Assembly: GCA_963722075.1 (NCBI GenBank)
Contig: CAVRJM010000001.1
Location: forward strand, 1,056,001-1,120,000
Length of the DNA stretch: 64,000 nucleotides
DNA from: Candidatus Babeliales bacterium
Lineage (GTDB): Bacteria > Babelota > Babeliae > Babelales > JANWKD01
Direction: 5' to 3'
Made by a program: the position numbers and the translations under genes. Below the pieces are notes generated by a model, which did not search any database, had not been told where the DNA came from, and was given only the letters and a program-made list of their open reading frames with translations. Below are positions 50,823-60,514 of this stretch, in pieces (position 1 is the first letter of the stretch; the number at the start of each line of letters is the position of its first letter).

Positions 50823-51099
50823 AGTAAACCCAATAAAATAACGGATTTGAAAAATTCTACCCAATTAATTAGCAATCAAATAACTAGCTCCAAAATTCGC
50901 TAGAATAGCGGTGATCAAAGAAAACGCCGGCGAAAACAATTTGCCTTATTATTTTTGGAAAGTCAAACTGGAAATGACTAATCAGCTATCGTAAAGTGTT
51001 TTGATTCTCCATAAAATGATAGTCTTTATGGAGACCAATTACTGTTAAAAACAAATTGGGCAAAATCTAATTAGAAAAATTATTTATGGATTTAGACAA

Positions 51100-51516
51100 A
51101 TGACCAAGCCACATAAAAAAGTTACTGCAGCAATCATAACAAGAGATAATAAAATTCTTATAGCACAACGTGCAAAAAAGGATGAGCTTTACGGTAAATG
51201 GGAGTTCCCTGGTGGAAAAATGGAGCCAGGAGAAACCGAACAAGAATGCTTAAAAAGAGAGCTATTGGAAGAGTTTGGTATTGAAGTTGAAATTGGCGAA
51301 TATGTATGTTCAAGTTTTTTTGTATATAACGGTACACCAATGGAAATGTTAGCTTATTATGTTACTTTGATTTCTAATGATTTCGTTCTTTACGAGCACC
51401 AACAAATTAAATGGGTTGAAAAAAGAGATTTGCTTTTATTTGATTTTCCGGAACCTGATAAGCCTATAATTCAGAAATTATTAGAAAATAAAAATTTTAT
51501 ACTAAAATTTACATAA
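51100..51516 (+). CDS. NUDIX hydrolase, MutT-like
   Basis: WEFPGGKMEPGETEQECLKRELLEEFG Nudix box. Confidence 0.92.
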   Translation: MTKPHKKVTAAIITRDNKILIAQRAKKDELYGKWEFPGGKMEPGETEQECLKRELLEEFGIEVEIGEYVCSSFFVYNGTPMEMLAYYVTLISNDFVLYEHQQIKWVEKRDLLLFDFPEPDKPIIQKLLENKNFILKFT

Positions 51517-51632
51517 TCGTTTTTTGGCAAGGGCTCCTGATTGTGACGGCTAGCTCTCTTGTTTTAAGATAGCAACTCTTTATTCTTTAACTCAATTTGT
51601 AATATATTAATTAGTAGGTAAGGAGGTTCATA

Positions 51633-52151
51633 ATGAATATATTATATAAGAGTATGGTGTTTATTTTGTTAATTGCTGCATCTATTTTTTCAATTAATGC
51701 AGGTGGCGGTCAAATTCCAGAATATGCTTATATTTACAATCTTACGGTCCAATCTGTTAAGCCTAATTCAGCTGCCACTTTTGATTCTCACGGCCAAATA
51801 ACTCCAGGTATCAAGCATACTATCGGCTCTTCTGATATTATTTTTGATGAGGAAGGAACATATTTAATTATGTTCTATGTTATGTGCGATAGTACTAATT
51901 CTTTTGGGCTTTTTTTAAATGGGATACCTGTTAATGGTGGAATTTATGGTGGTGACAAAGGTCTTAGATTGAGTAATACAGGACAAGTTATAATTAATGT
52001 AAAAGCAGGTTCAGTATTGACCATGAGAAGCTATAACCCTGATATTAAAGCGGAAAACCGACGATTAGTTAGGCTTATAGTTGGATCTGGTAAAGATGGT
52101 AATAAAGAAGGAGTTGTAAGTGCTTCGATTGTTATTTTAAAAGTAGATTGA
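51633..52151 (+). CDS. Secreted BclA-C-terminal-like (TNF/C1q jelly-roll) domain protein
   Basis: YAYIYNL..Q.V....TFDS.G....GI.H..G...I.....GTY...F.V...FGLFLNG. Confidence 0.6.
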   Translation: MNILYKSMVFILLIAASIFSINAGGGQIPEYAYIYNLTVQSVKPNSAATFDSHGQITPGIKHTIGSSDIIFDEEGTYLIMFYVMCDSTNSFGLFLNGIPVNGGIYGGDKGLRLSNTGQVIINVKAGSVLTMRSYNPDIKAENRRLVRLIVGSGKDGNKEGVVSASIVILKVD

Positions 52152-52452
52152 GAATCATTATAATCATTCTATTGTTCAAGGAAGTTTTTCTACATATTCT
52201 ACCCCTAACAAACATTATATTTGCCATATATTCCATTTAGGAGCAAATACACTAAATATAGTGATTTAAAAAAATGTAACCTTGTCAAAAAATATTATCT
52301 ATAATGGTTTTTTACAATTAACTTGAAATAAATTTTTGAACACTTAAGGTAAAAAGCTACTAACCAAAAGCATTGCGTACAATGCTCTATTTGTTATATA
52401 GTTAAAATAAGCATCAATGCTACGAATCTATTCAAAAATAGGAGGTTGAGTA

Positions 52453-52848
52453 ATGGTTAATTTTAAAAAGAATCTATTAAGCTTATTATTTACATTGGCA
52501 CTTACTATTATTGCAGAAATGAGTGCAACGGTGATCATTTTTACATCACTTCATGATTTTCATAGAAATTCTGGCCCGATTATTTATCATAAAGAACCTG
52601 TGCAAGCGCCTGAACCAGTAGCTCAACCTGCATTCGGAGGTGGCACTTTCGTAGGTACTAGAGGAAAATCATCATTACATCTCTACTTTTCCTTCGCTCA
52701 AGATGGCGCACTTCTTATTCTAAAAACGTTGTATCCTGAATCATTTGAAGATGAAAATAAGATGGCAATTGAAACAGAAGATAAATTAATAATTGATGGA
52801 TTAGAATATCCGCCTGCGCCTTATTTCAGCAGAAAAATTTGGGAATGA
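52453..52848 (+). CDS. Secreted hypothetical protein
   Basis: ggagg RBS, signal peptide. Confidence 0.65.
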   Translation: MVNFKKNLLSLLFTLALTIIAEMSATVIIFTSLHDFHRNSGPIIYHKEPVQAPEPVAQPAFGGGTFVGTRGKSSLHLYFSFAQDGALLILKTLYPESFEDENKMAIETEDKLIIDGLEYPPAPYFSRKIWE

Positions 52849-52860
52849 TAAATTTTAACA

Positions 52861-53076
52861 CTATTCAAACTGATGTTTTATTGAATCACAATCTACCGTA
52901 GCTTCTTTTTTTAAGCTCGTTTTAATACTTTCTACTAATTCTTTATTTGCAAGATCATGTAACCGTAATTCTTGTTCTGGAATTTCATTAATTAATTTTT
53001 TTGATTTTTTTATATGCAGCTGATTGGATTTTTTTGAATGAATCAATGCCAGGATCGTTTTGGGTAACAGGAGCAT
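52861..53076 (-). CDS. Short ORF, possibly an antitoxin-like remnant
   Basis: EIPEQELRL...ELVESIKTSL resembles C-terminal tails of AbrB-type antitoxins; weak. Confidence 0.25.
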   Translation of the reverse strand: MLLLPKTILALIHSKKSNQLHIKKSKKLINEIPEQELRLHDLANKELVESIKTSLKKEATVDCDSIKHQFE

Positions 53077-53240
53077 GCGTACCTATCAGCCGATGGTTAT
53101 TAATGATAGTTGTATTGAAGAAAAATATAACTATATAAAAACAACACAAAATAAAACACACAATGAATAAAAAGATTAAAACAAAATGCTTACCTGACTA
53201 CAGCCTGCAAGCCAAAGCCAGGTAGCACATATTGTCAATT

Positions 53241-53732
53241 TTAGTTTATCGAACCGCAGCTAAAACTCGGAACTGAAAACTGATGCAAAACACAATCATC
53301 TTCATCAAGACTTGAAAAAGAAATTTTCAAAGACTGATCATGATTATTCAGGACTTTAATGCTCTGAGCTTCAAGCTCATCAACAACAAGCTCAATAGGA
53401 GAAACTTGTTCTAACTTCACCGTTTCTGTTGTATCACTTAATGGTACGGTAACAGATTCCATTACATTGGAGTTAGGTATCAATTTTATTGATTCCTGCA
53501 AAACAACATCTTGTTTTATATCTGGCTTAACTATTACACTACTGCCAAAAAAGCGTTTAAAATAATGATATGGACCGGTTAAGATGATAGCCACAATAGA
53601 AACAAAAGAATAACGATTTTCAGAAATTGATTCTTTTATTTCTATTTCTACAGCATTTACTTGATTTACCACCGCAGTAAACATGCATATGGCCAATAAA
53701 AAAGTAGATATATATGTTCGTATAATTGTCAT
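53241..53732 (-). CDS. Secreted/membrane hypothetical protein
   Basis: ggagga RBS; signal plus a second hydrophobic segment. Confidence 0.65.
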   Translation of the reverse strand: MTIIRTYISTFLLAICMFTAVVNQVNAVEIEIKESISENRYSFVSIVAIILTGPYHYFKRFFGSSVIVKPDIKQDVVLQESIKLIPNSNVMESVTVPLSDTTETVKLEQVSPIELVVDELEAQSIKVLNNHDQSLKISFSSLDEDDCVLHQFSVPSFSCGSIN

Positions 53733-53755
53733 ATGATTCCTCCATTATGAGCTCA

Positions 53756-53802
53756 ATAAATTGATTGACCATTAGGAAACAACTTAGTGGTCAATCAATT
53801 TA
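53756..53802. terminator. Long inverted repeat after the ankyrin gene
   Basis: ataaattgattgacca...tggtcaatcaatttat. Confidence 0.7.
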
Positions 53803-53821
53803 TCTTTAATTCAGAAGAAGA

Positions 53822-54214
53822 TTAACCTAGTTTAGCGCCATACTGCATTAAGCAAGCCGCAGCATTAACTAAATTAAATGATAAAGCCCACGCAAGAGGA
53901 GTTTTACCTTCTCTCAATTTATTAACATTTGCACCAGCAGCAATAGCTTGCGATATTTCTTCAGCAGAGTTTTTGAAAATGCCCACAAACAAACTATCTT
54001 GTAACGCATCAAGTGTTTTAATTTGTATTATAATACCTGCCTTAGCAAGAGCTGGAATATCCAAACCTAAAGAAAGATCGGTAGCAGTTACACCAAGCTT
54101 CATCTTTTCTTTAGAATTATTAAGCACATCAATTGTTCGCAACGAATCATTTGCTTGTGATGCTACGAATGAAAAACTAAGCATGCTGATAAAAAAAATA
54201 CGGCTATTGAACAT
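53822..54214 (-). CDS. Secreted short ankyrin protein
   Basis: Signal; GANVNK...KTPLAWA; IDVLNN N-domain shared with the next gene. Confidence 0.75.
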   Translation of the reverse strand: MFNSRIFFISMLSFSFVASQANDSLRTIDVLNNSKEKMKLGVTATDLSLGLDIPALAKAGIIIQIKTLDALQDSLFVGIFKNSAEEISQAIAAGANVNKLREGKTPLAWALSFNLVNAAACLMQYGAKLG

Positions 54215-54318
54215 AAAATGTTCCCTCACATTAAAGATTAAAAAAACAACCACTTATAAAAATAAGAATACCCAAATAGAAGATACCAATCAGAGATGTG
54301 CGCTTTACGCGATAAAAA

Positions 54319-55191
54319 CTATAGGCTTGCTCCATGTTCAAGCAATAACTCCATTATTTCTTGTCTTATATTATTAGAACTTTTTCTTTCTATTACATAT
54401 GAAAGTAATGTACAAGCGGGAGACATTCTAGTAGGCTTTATTTTTTTATTTATATCCGCTCCAGCTTCTATTAAAATTTTAACAATTTTTTTAGTCGGAT
54501 AATTCACTGCCATCGACAATGGAGTATAAAGTTGATTTAATCTAGTATCTTCATGATTTGGATTTGCACCACGAAACATTAGAAATCTAACAGCTTCCTC
54601 TCCCTCAGATGGTCTATGATAAGAGAAAATAATAGCTGCCTGCCAAAGCTCATTAATATTATACCCGCGGCCTACTAACTCTTTAATTAATTCAAGGGCA
54701 CAATTCGGATCCTTTGAACAAGATTGACAAATAACACCTTCAACTTTTTGTATATCAAAATTAACTTGCCCTTGTTTTACAAGTAACAATAGTAACTTTA
54801 TATCCTGCATTTTTATTACTTGTTGCACACAGGTATCGTCAGCCATTGCCCCTAATCGAATTAACTCAGCAGCAGCATTATAACGATTGAGCAAAATCGA
54901 CCATAAAAGTGATGATTTGTTATCTTTTCCTTTATTAACATCAGCACCAGCCTGTACAACACTTCTAATTTCAACCGCTGAATCATTTAATATTGCCTTA
55001 TGAAGCGCACCCTGTAAGTCGTTAAGCTTTTTGATCAGTATATTTGCAGAGCTATATTTTGGAATGGCAACATCAAGTTGTAAAGACCGGTTCGTATTGT
55101 TCAAGACATCAATCACTTGGTCTGCACCAGCAGTAATTACATTGCATGACATAACCAGAACAATCATTGCAAGAATAGATTTTATAGACAT
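54319..55191 (-). CDS. Secreted ankyrin-repeat protein
   Basis: Signal; IDVLNN; GADVNK, YTPLSMAV, GADINK. Confidence 0.8.
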   Translation of the reverse strand: MSIKSILAMIVLVMSCNVITAGADQVIDVLNNTNRSLQLDVAIPKYSSANILIKKLNDLQGALHKAILNDSAVEIRSVVQAGADVNKGKDNKSSLLWSILLNRYNAAAELIRLGAMADDTCVQQVIKMQDIKLLLLLVKQGQVNFDIQKVEGVICQSCSKDPNCALELIKELVGRGYNINELWQAAIIFSYHRPSEGEEAVRFLMFRGANPNHEDTRLNQLYTPLSMAVNYPTKKIVKILIEAGADINKKIKPTRMSPACTLLSYVIERKSSNNIRQEIMELLLEHGASL

Positions 55192-55453
55192 GAGTCCCCC
55201 ATAAACATTAAACAAACATCCATTAATAATCAGATTACACAATTTGAAACCAGTGTCAAAAAAAGAATGTGCTTATTTAAAGCAACTATTGATAACTTAA
55301 TTACAATGTGAAAAGCAATAAGAAGTTTTATTGCAAACAGACTTTTTTTGATGGAGCTGTTGAGGTGATTCTTAAAAATGAGTTTTATACCGTGTTTTTT
55401 ACTGGAAGGGTAGAAAGTACGAAAACGCTCAGCATGAAGCCATAATTAGTAAA

Positions 55454-55762
55454 GAGCTTTACGGTAAATGGGAGTTCCCTGGTGGAAAAATGGAGCCAGG
55501 AGAAACCGAACAAGACTGTTTAAAAAGAGAGCTATTGGAAGAGTTTGGTATTGAAGTTGAAATTGGCGAATATGTATGTTCAAGTTTTTTTGTATATAAC
55601 GGTACACCAATGGAAATGTTGGCTTATTATGTCACTTCGATTTCTAATGATTTCATTCTTTACGAGCACCAACAAATTAAATGGGTTGAAAAAAGAGATT
55701 TGCTTTTATTTGATTTTCCAGAACCGGATATGCCTATAATTAAAAAGTTATTAGATAATTAA
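55454..55762 (+). pseudogene. 5'-truncated near-identical duplicate of the NUDIX gene
   Basis: Matches 51184 onward (gagctttacggtaaatgggag...) but lacks the first ~28 codons. Confidence 0.85.
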
Positions 55763-55889
55763 AATTTTATACTAACGTTAAAGCGAATTTTACCATCAAA
55801 ACTCACTAATTTCAGTCCGTGACAAAATGTCACAACCTCAATTCCTTCAGCAATCAATCGCTATTTGAGTTTTCTCAAGAAAAGGGTAT

Positions 55890-55934
55890 CAAGATTCTCA
55901 TGGTACTAACATCCTACGACCAACTAGGCAACAC
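55890..55934 (+). pseudogene. Remnant of the DJ-1/PfpI 5' end
   Basis: KILMVLTSYDQLGNT versus KILMVLTSHDQLGNT at 48874. Confidence 0.75.
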
Positions 55935-55937
55935 TTT

Positions 55938-56501
55938 TTATAACCAAAAACTACCAAAATATTTTGCAAATAATTCTATACCTTCTTGCAGCTTTTGGCG
56001 ATGCTCTTCAAACTTTTTACTAAAAATTTCAAGGCTAGGCCGCATAAGCTCTGAGTATCGATTCCATTCCAAAGATTCTAATGCAGCAGGTCCTTTGATA
56101 TTTTTAAATCTCTCTTTATCTTCTTGTTTTAATTTTTTTAACTCTTTTTTATGTACCCTGCCAAGCTTACTGCATTCTTTATAGTACTCTTTTTCTGATG
56201 GCCCATCCCAACCACGATTCTTAGCTATCCATTCAAAAGAATAGACCATTTTATCCAAACACTGTAGCCATTCATCAAACCTATCGAGATTATCTGGACC
56301 TTCTGGTTTTGTTGGATCCGGGGCAAAATCCATAGGATATCCTTGATATCCTTTATGTTTATCATATCTTTTACGATATTTTTTTAAAAAAGGATAAATG
56401 ACACGAGCTAAGGTAACATCACCGTTCCATAAATCATCGTACGTTACGGATACCTTTACTTTATCTTTAGTTTTATCTTTATAAGTGATTGATACTTTCA
56501 T
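55938..56501 (-). CDS. Hypothetical protein resembling a phage-associated family
   Basis: DLWNGD.TLA..I.P.LK, GYP, W...LDKM..SFE, QEG.ELFAKYF..FW pattern, recalled from phage proteins (unverified). Confidence 0.55.
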   Translation of the reverse strand: MKVSITYKDKTKDKVKVSVTYDDLWNGDVTLARVIYPFLKKYRKRYDKHKGYQGYPMDFAPDPTKPEGPDNLDRFDEWLQCLDKMVYSFEWIAKNRGWDGPSEKEYYKECSKLGRVHKKELKKLKQEDKERFKNIKGPAALESLEWNRYSELMRPSLEIFSKKFEEHRQKLQEGIELFAKYFGSFWL

Positions 56502-56671
56502 GCTATTTCCAACGAAAACATTTACCAAAATAATATAAACATAATGCAATAATTGAACTTGAAGTAGTATTTCTTGAGAGACTCGAACTCCCATAGCCAA
56601 TACAGGCATTTTACCCAATTTTCTTCCGAAGAAAAAAATTACATCTTATGATGTGTTAAATCAAAGAAATA

Positions 56672-56932
56672 CTACAAATTATTGTCAATTGATGAAAAAT
56701 ATCGACGCAAAAATATCCTGCCTGCATTTGATTTTAAGTATCATTCAAATTTTAAAGCTTTAGCTTCTTGATCAAATCCCAGAAATCCTATCAAAACCCA
56801 TGGTTTAAAATCTTTCGTGTACACTGATTTCCCCGCGTTATGGTCTAATAATCTTTGCTTCAAATTAGAAGTAAAACCTATGTAAGTTTTATCGGGAAAA
56901 GATCGGGATTTAAGATAATAAACGTAAAACAT
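56672..56932 (-). pseudogene. Stand-alone GIY-YIG nuclease with an in-frame TGA at 56741-56743
   Basis: YVYYLKS, YIGFT, RL..HNAG, KPW; continues KFE*YLKSNAGRIF past the stop. Confidence 0.85.
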
Positions 56933-57035
56933 ATTTTATATTTAATTGTTGGCCTGTAAAAAGCTGACTTGTCAGAGACATTAAAGAGTAAAGTTTTGAC
57001 TGGCCTGCCAGGCATTTTTCTTCAGGAAAAATGAC

Positions 57036-57113
57036 TGGCGTCCCTAAGGGGATTCGAACCCCTGTTTTCGCCGTGAAAGGGCGGTGTCCTGGACCAGGCT
57101 AGACGATAGGGAC
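57036..57113 (-). tRNA. tRNA-Glu (TTC)
   Basis: GTCCCTATCGTCTAGCCTGGTCCAGGACACCGCCCTTTCACGGCG...GGTTCGAATCCCCTTAGGGACGCCA. Confidence 0.95.
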
Positions 57114-57150
57114 GTAGATTATATCAAAAATCCTTAAAAGATTGGCGGAG

Positions 57151-57197
57151 CCAGGCGTAGTTTGCCGAGCCGGAAGGCCCGGATAAACGAAGACTGG
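57151..57197. repeat. Type-B palindrome built on the tRNA-Lys CCA end
   Basis: ccaggcgtagttt...aaacgaagactgg; the final tgg is the tRNA CCA. Confidence 0.65.
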
Positions 57198-57270
57198 TGA
57201 GCCGCGATGGATTCGAACCATCGACCCACAGCTTAAAAGGCTGTTGCTCTACCAACTGAGCTAGCGGCTC
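57195..57270 (-). tRNA. tRNA-Lys (TTT)
   Basis: GAGCCGCTAGCTCAGTTGGTAGAGCAACAGCCTTTTAAGCTGTGGGTCGATGGTTCGAATCCATCGCGGCTCACCA. Confidence 0.95.
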
Positions 57271-57315
57271 GCTTATCATTAATGCAAATAAGAATAATTC
57301 TTAATGATGCTCTTA

Positions 57316-57344
57316 ATGTTAATGATTTGCCTTATTTTTGTCAA
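57316..57344 (-). promoter_or_regulatory. Sigma70-type promoter for the tRNA pair
   Basis: TTGACA-17 nt-TAACAT on the minus strand. Confidence 0.6.
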
Positions 57345-57488
57345 GAAAATAAAGTCACAAACAGCATTTTTCCTATTAAATAGTATTATTTTATCTGATC
57401 TCATTAATAATACCTTACTATAATAGCCAAGGAACCATTACGTGAAAAAAATTAATTATGGTTAGCGGTATAAAAAAATGAAATTACC

Positions 57489-58736
57489 ATGAAAATAGAA
57501 TCTATAAAAGATCCCCGAATCATTCATGCACGTAAACTATCTTCTGCAGCAGGCCGTTCAGAAACCAAAGAATTTTTATTGCAGGGTAAGGAACAAATAG
57601 AATGGGCTTTGAGAGCAAATGTGCCTATTACCATGGTTTTTATTCATGATAAAATCGATGACAATCAGTTACAACAAAAATTTGAATATAAAAAAATTCC
57701 TTATTTTTTCGTTTCTGAAGTAATATTGAAAAAAATAACTGACACAAACTATTTGGTTCCGCTCGTAGGAGTAGCTAAAAACCCTATCGTATCTACTCAT
57801 AATGAAGATTTTGTTATTGTACTTGATAACCTTGTTGATCATGGAAATATAGGGACGATTATCCGTTCTGGACTTGCTTTTGGCATTCATTCTTTTATAA
57901 GCACAAGTATAACTGCTGATTTTTTTTATAAAAAAATTATCGATGCATCACGTGGCAATATTTTTACTTCATCTATAAAAAAATTCGTTTCTGAACAAGA
58001 AACTATCAACTATTTAAAAAGCAACGGATATCAAATAGTTGCAACAAGTCCTCATGGAAATCAAATTCAATCTCTCCTACAACTTCATCAAAAACCAGTC
58101 GCGCTCATTGTGGGTAATGAAACAGAAGGATGCTCATCATTATTTCTTGAACAAGCTGATTTCGTTACTCAAATTCCTATGAGCTCTGAAGTTGAATCCT
58201 TAAATGTAGCCATCGCTGCTGGCATTAGTATCTATGAACTTAAAATAAAATCGGTAATAGCAATGCTTATTCAAAAAATTTATAAAAATATAGGACGACA
58301 AATTGGCGTTACAGGACAATTAATTCGAACAGCATTTGATAAAGAGTTACAAGCCGTAACTGATTTTTCTGCTCTACAAGTTATCCTTTTAATGATACTA
58401 AAATGCGATCAAGTTATGACGCTCGAACAAGTCTCAAGGGATGTAGGCGAGTTTGGAGCAGAACTTATAGCCTTTTTGCAGCCATTACAAAAAAAAGGAT
58501 ATATCAGCAATGCAGTGTCACAAGAAAAACCTGCAATAATATTAACGGATGCGGGACAAGAATATTTATCAAAACTGTGGCCGATTGTTGATAAAATTGA
58601 ACAAAAAATTTTAAATAATTTTTCTGAAAACGAAAGGATTCAATTTTTTGAATATATCTCCAGAATCCAAAATAATTGTCAGCAAATTATTAAAGATCAT
58701 TCATCAAATTCGATTGTTAAAGATATAAAAAAATAG
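57489..58736 (+). CDS. TrmH/SpoU RNA methyltransferase fused to a C-terminal MarR-like HTH
   Basis: DHGNIGTIIRS, VGNETEG, IPM...ESLNVA; then Q..IL..L, LQKKGYI, LTDAGQE. Confidence 0.85.
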   Translation: MKIESIKDPRIIHARKLSSAAGRSETKEFLLQGKEQIEWALRANVPITMVFIHDKIDDNQLQQKFEYKKIPYFFVSEVILKKITDTNYLVPLVGVAKNPIVSTHNEDFVIVLDNLVDHGNIGTIIRSGLAFGIHSFISTSITADFFYKKIIDASRGNIFTSSIKKFVSEQETINYLKSNGYQIVATSPHGNQIQSLLQLHQKPVALIVGNETEGCSSLFLEQADFVTQIPMSSEVESLNVAIAAGISIYELKIKSVIAMLIQKIYKNIGRQIGVTGQLIRTAFDKELQAVTDFSALQVILLMILKCDQVMTLEQVSRDVGEFGAELIAFLQPLQKKGYISNAVSQEKPAIILTDAGQEYLSKLWPIVDKIEQKILNNFSENERIQFFEYISRIQNNCQQIIKDHSSNSIVKDIKK

Positions 58737-58829
58737 GGTGTTTTTATGAATCTAACTCTATATGCTTATACATCAAGAATAAAATTAATTATTATTACAC
58801 AATAGTTGTTATCAAATAAGGAGAGATAT

Positions 58830-59174
58830 ATGTTAGCTTTATTTTTACCCTTCACCATAAGTTTATTATTTACTTTCAACCTATTTAGCATGCAAAAAGA
58901 AACTTTTCTGGAGAAAATTAATGAATACAATACCACTTTAATTAATATGGATTTAACCGTTATTCCAACACTAGAATCTAAGATACAAGCAGTAGCAAAT
59001 CTAACAAAGTTAGAAAATATTAATAAGCAATTAAAAGCTATGCTCCCACAACGCCGATTGAATAATGAAGAAACTCATCAAATGAGCGAATTAATAACCA
59101 CACTGGCTTCACATAACAAAACAATACGTGACAATATTGAAGCATGTACCTTCAACTCGTCACAAAACAATTGA
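58830..59174 (+). CDS. Secreted hypothetical protein
   Basis: aaggag RBS; signal ...FSMQK. Confidence 0.65.
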   Translation: MLALFLPFTISLLFTFNLFSMQKETFLEKINEYNTTLINMDLTVIPTLESKIQAVANLTKLENINKQLKAMLPQRRLNNEETHQMSELITTLASHNKTIRDNIEACTFNSSQNN

Positions 59175-59189
59175 ACAGAATTTCTAAAA

Positions 59190-60344
59190 CTACAGCACTA
59201 TCGGCGTTTTTTTAGTTCTCATTTTGGCAAGCAATGATTTATCAATCCCTAAATGGGCATGCACCAATTCAGGCGGGGTAAGTGCCAACCATTGGGCTAA
59301 CGAAACATCAGCAAAGCGATCACTTCTAAATATCTCTAAAAAGCGGAGCGTCTCGTTGCCGATATTTTCAATATAATGGCCCATGGCAAAAGGAACTACG
59401 CCAACATCACCCGCTTGATAATTAAAGGTTCGTGCCATACCAACCGCTGCAAATACCGTCATACGCGCCTTACCGGTAATATAAAATTGCCATTCATCAG
59501 CATTAGGATGCCAATGCAATTCACGTAATCCCCCCGGTTCTATTTCAACCAATGCCGCTGCTATTGTTTTGGAGGCAGGAAATATGGTGGAATCAACAAT
59601 GCGCACCTGACCACCCGGCATACGAATTGGTTCTTGAGCACTTAAGCGATAACTAAATTTTTCGGGAACCGGTCCATTTCCTTTGATATAATCTGCCGTA
59701 AGCGGACCAGGAACTTTTGATTGAAAAATGTAGAGTTCTTTTTTTGGTAATGTGTTTAATACTGAAATAGGAAAATTAAAGTTTTTAGCTATTACTTCTT
59801 TGGGCGTATGCAATAACCAGTCAGATAATAAAAATGTTTCTTCTTCAGAAAAGCTACCGTCATCAAATACTAATAAAAATTCACACCCATCTGGATTAAG
59901 GCCTTGTATAGAATGCGGTATTCCTTTGGGAAAAAACCATAAGTCACCTTCTTGCATATCATCTTGAAAGGTACATCCATTTTGATCAACGGCAGTAATA
60001 CGCGCAAATCCTTTGAGCATGTATGCCCATTCAGCTGCTTTATGCCAATGCAATTCTCGGATTGCACCAGCTTTTAAGCGCATATTGACGCCAGCAATAG
60101 TGGGGGAGCTTGGTAAATCTACCACGGTTACTTCGCGTGACCAGCCGCCTTCTTCTAAGCGCATATGGCTATCAGAAAATGACCATTTAAGATTTGGTAT
60201 TTTACCGCGATCAGTGCGCGGTGGCACTAAAATATCAGGATTTTCTAATTCTCTAGATGGATTGGTGGGGCCAAGAATTGAGGCACCGTATACGCCATCG
60301 ATGGGTTCTAATTGATTACCTTTTTTACCATTTTTCTCATTCAT
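59190..60344 (-). CDS. oxdC: Oxalate decarboxylase family bicupin
   Basis: Two RELHWH..AEW cupin motifs, PHSIQG, FSEEETF lid. Confidence 0.92.
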   Translation of the reverse strand: MNEKNGKKGNQLEPIDGVYGASILGPTNPSRELENPDILVPPRTDRGKIPNLKWSFSDSHMRLEEGGWSREVTVVDLPSSPTIAGVNMRLKAGAIRELHWHKAAEWAYMLKGFARITAVDQNGCTFQDDMQEGDLWFFPKGIPHSIQGLNPDGCEFLLVFDDGSFSEEETFLLSDWLLHTPKEVIAKNFNFPISVLNTLPKKELYIFQSKVPGPLTADYIKGNGPVPEKFSYRLSAQEPIRMPGGQVRIVDSTIFPASKTIAAALVEIEPGGLRELHWHPNADEWQFYITGKARMTVFAAVGMARTFNYQAGDVGVVPFAMGHYIENIGNETLRFLEIFRSDRFADVSLAQWLALTPPELVHAHLGIDKSLLAKMRTKKTPIVL

Positions 60345-60436
60345 ACTACCGCCTCTTCAATACTATTACTATGCGGCGTTAAGTATAAAATAATGAAAAT
60401 GAGCTAAACAATGATTTAAGGAACTAATTTAATTAA

Positions 60437-60464
60437 TGGATCCCCACGCGCAGCTCGGGATGAC
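60437..60464. repeat. Type-A half-arm
   Basis: tggatccccacgcgcagctcgggatgac. Confidence 0.7.
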
Positions 60465-60514
60465 ATTTCTGCAGTTATCATTATCGCATGAAGAATGACA
60501 GGTTTTGCCAAAGT

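Noticed and set aside
55819..56184. 121-aa ORF on the + strand
   Set aside because: Composite of a 15-codon DJ-1 remnant and the antisense of the 55938-56501 gene.
11391..56743. In-frame TGA in two genes, suggesting stop-codon recoding
   Set aside because: Many intact genes end properly at TGA (e.g. 4301, 39480, 43207), and Trp/Gly use standard codons. These are more simply nonsense mutations.
55938..57113. Prophage integrated at tRNA-Glu
   Set aside because: Only one phage-like ORF; no integrase, structural genes or duplicated tRNA 3' end seen in the window.
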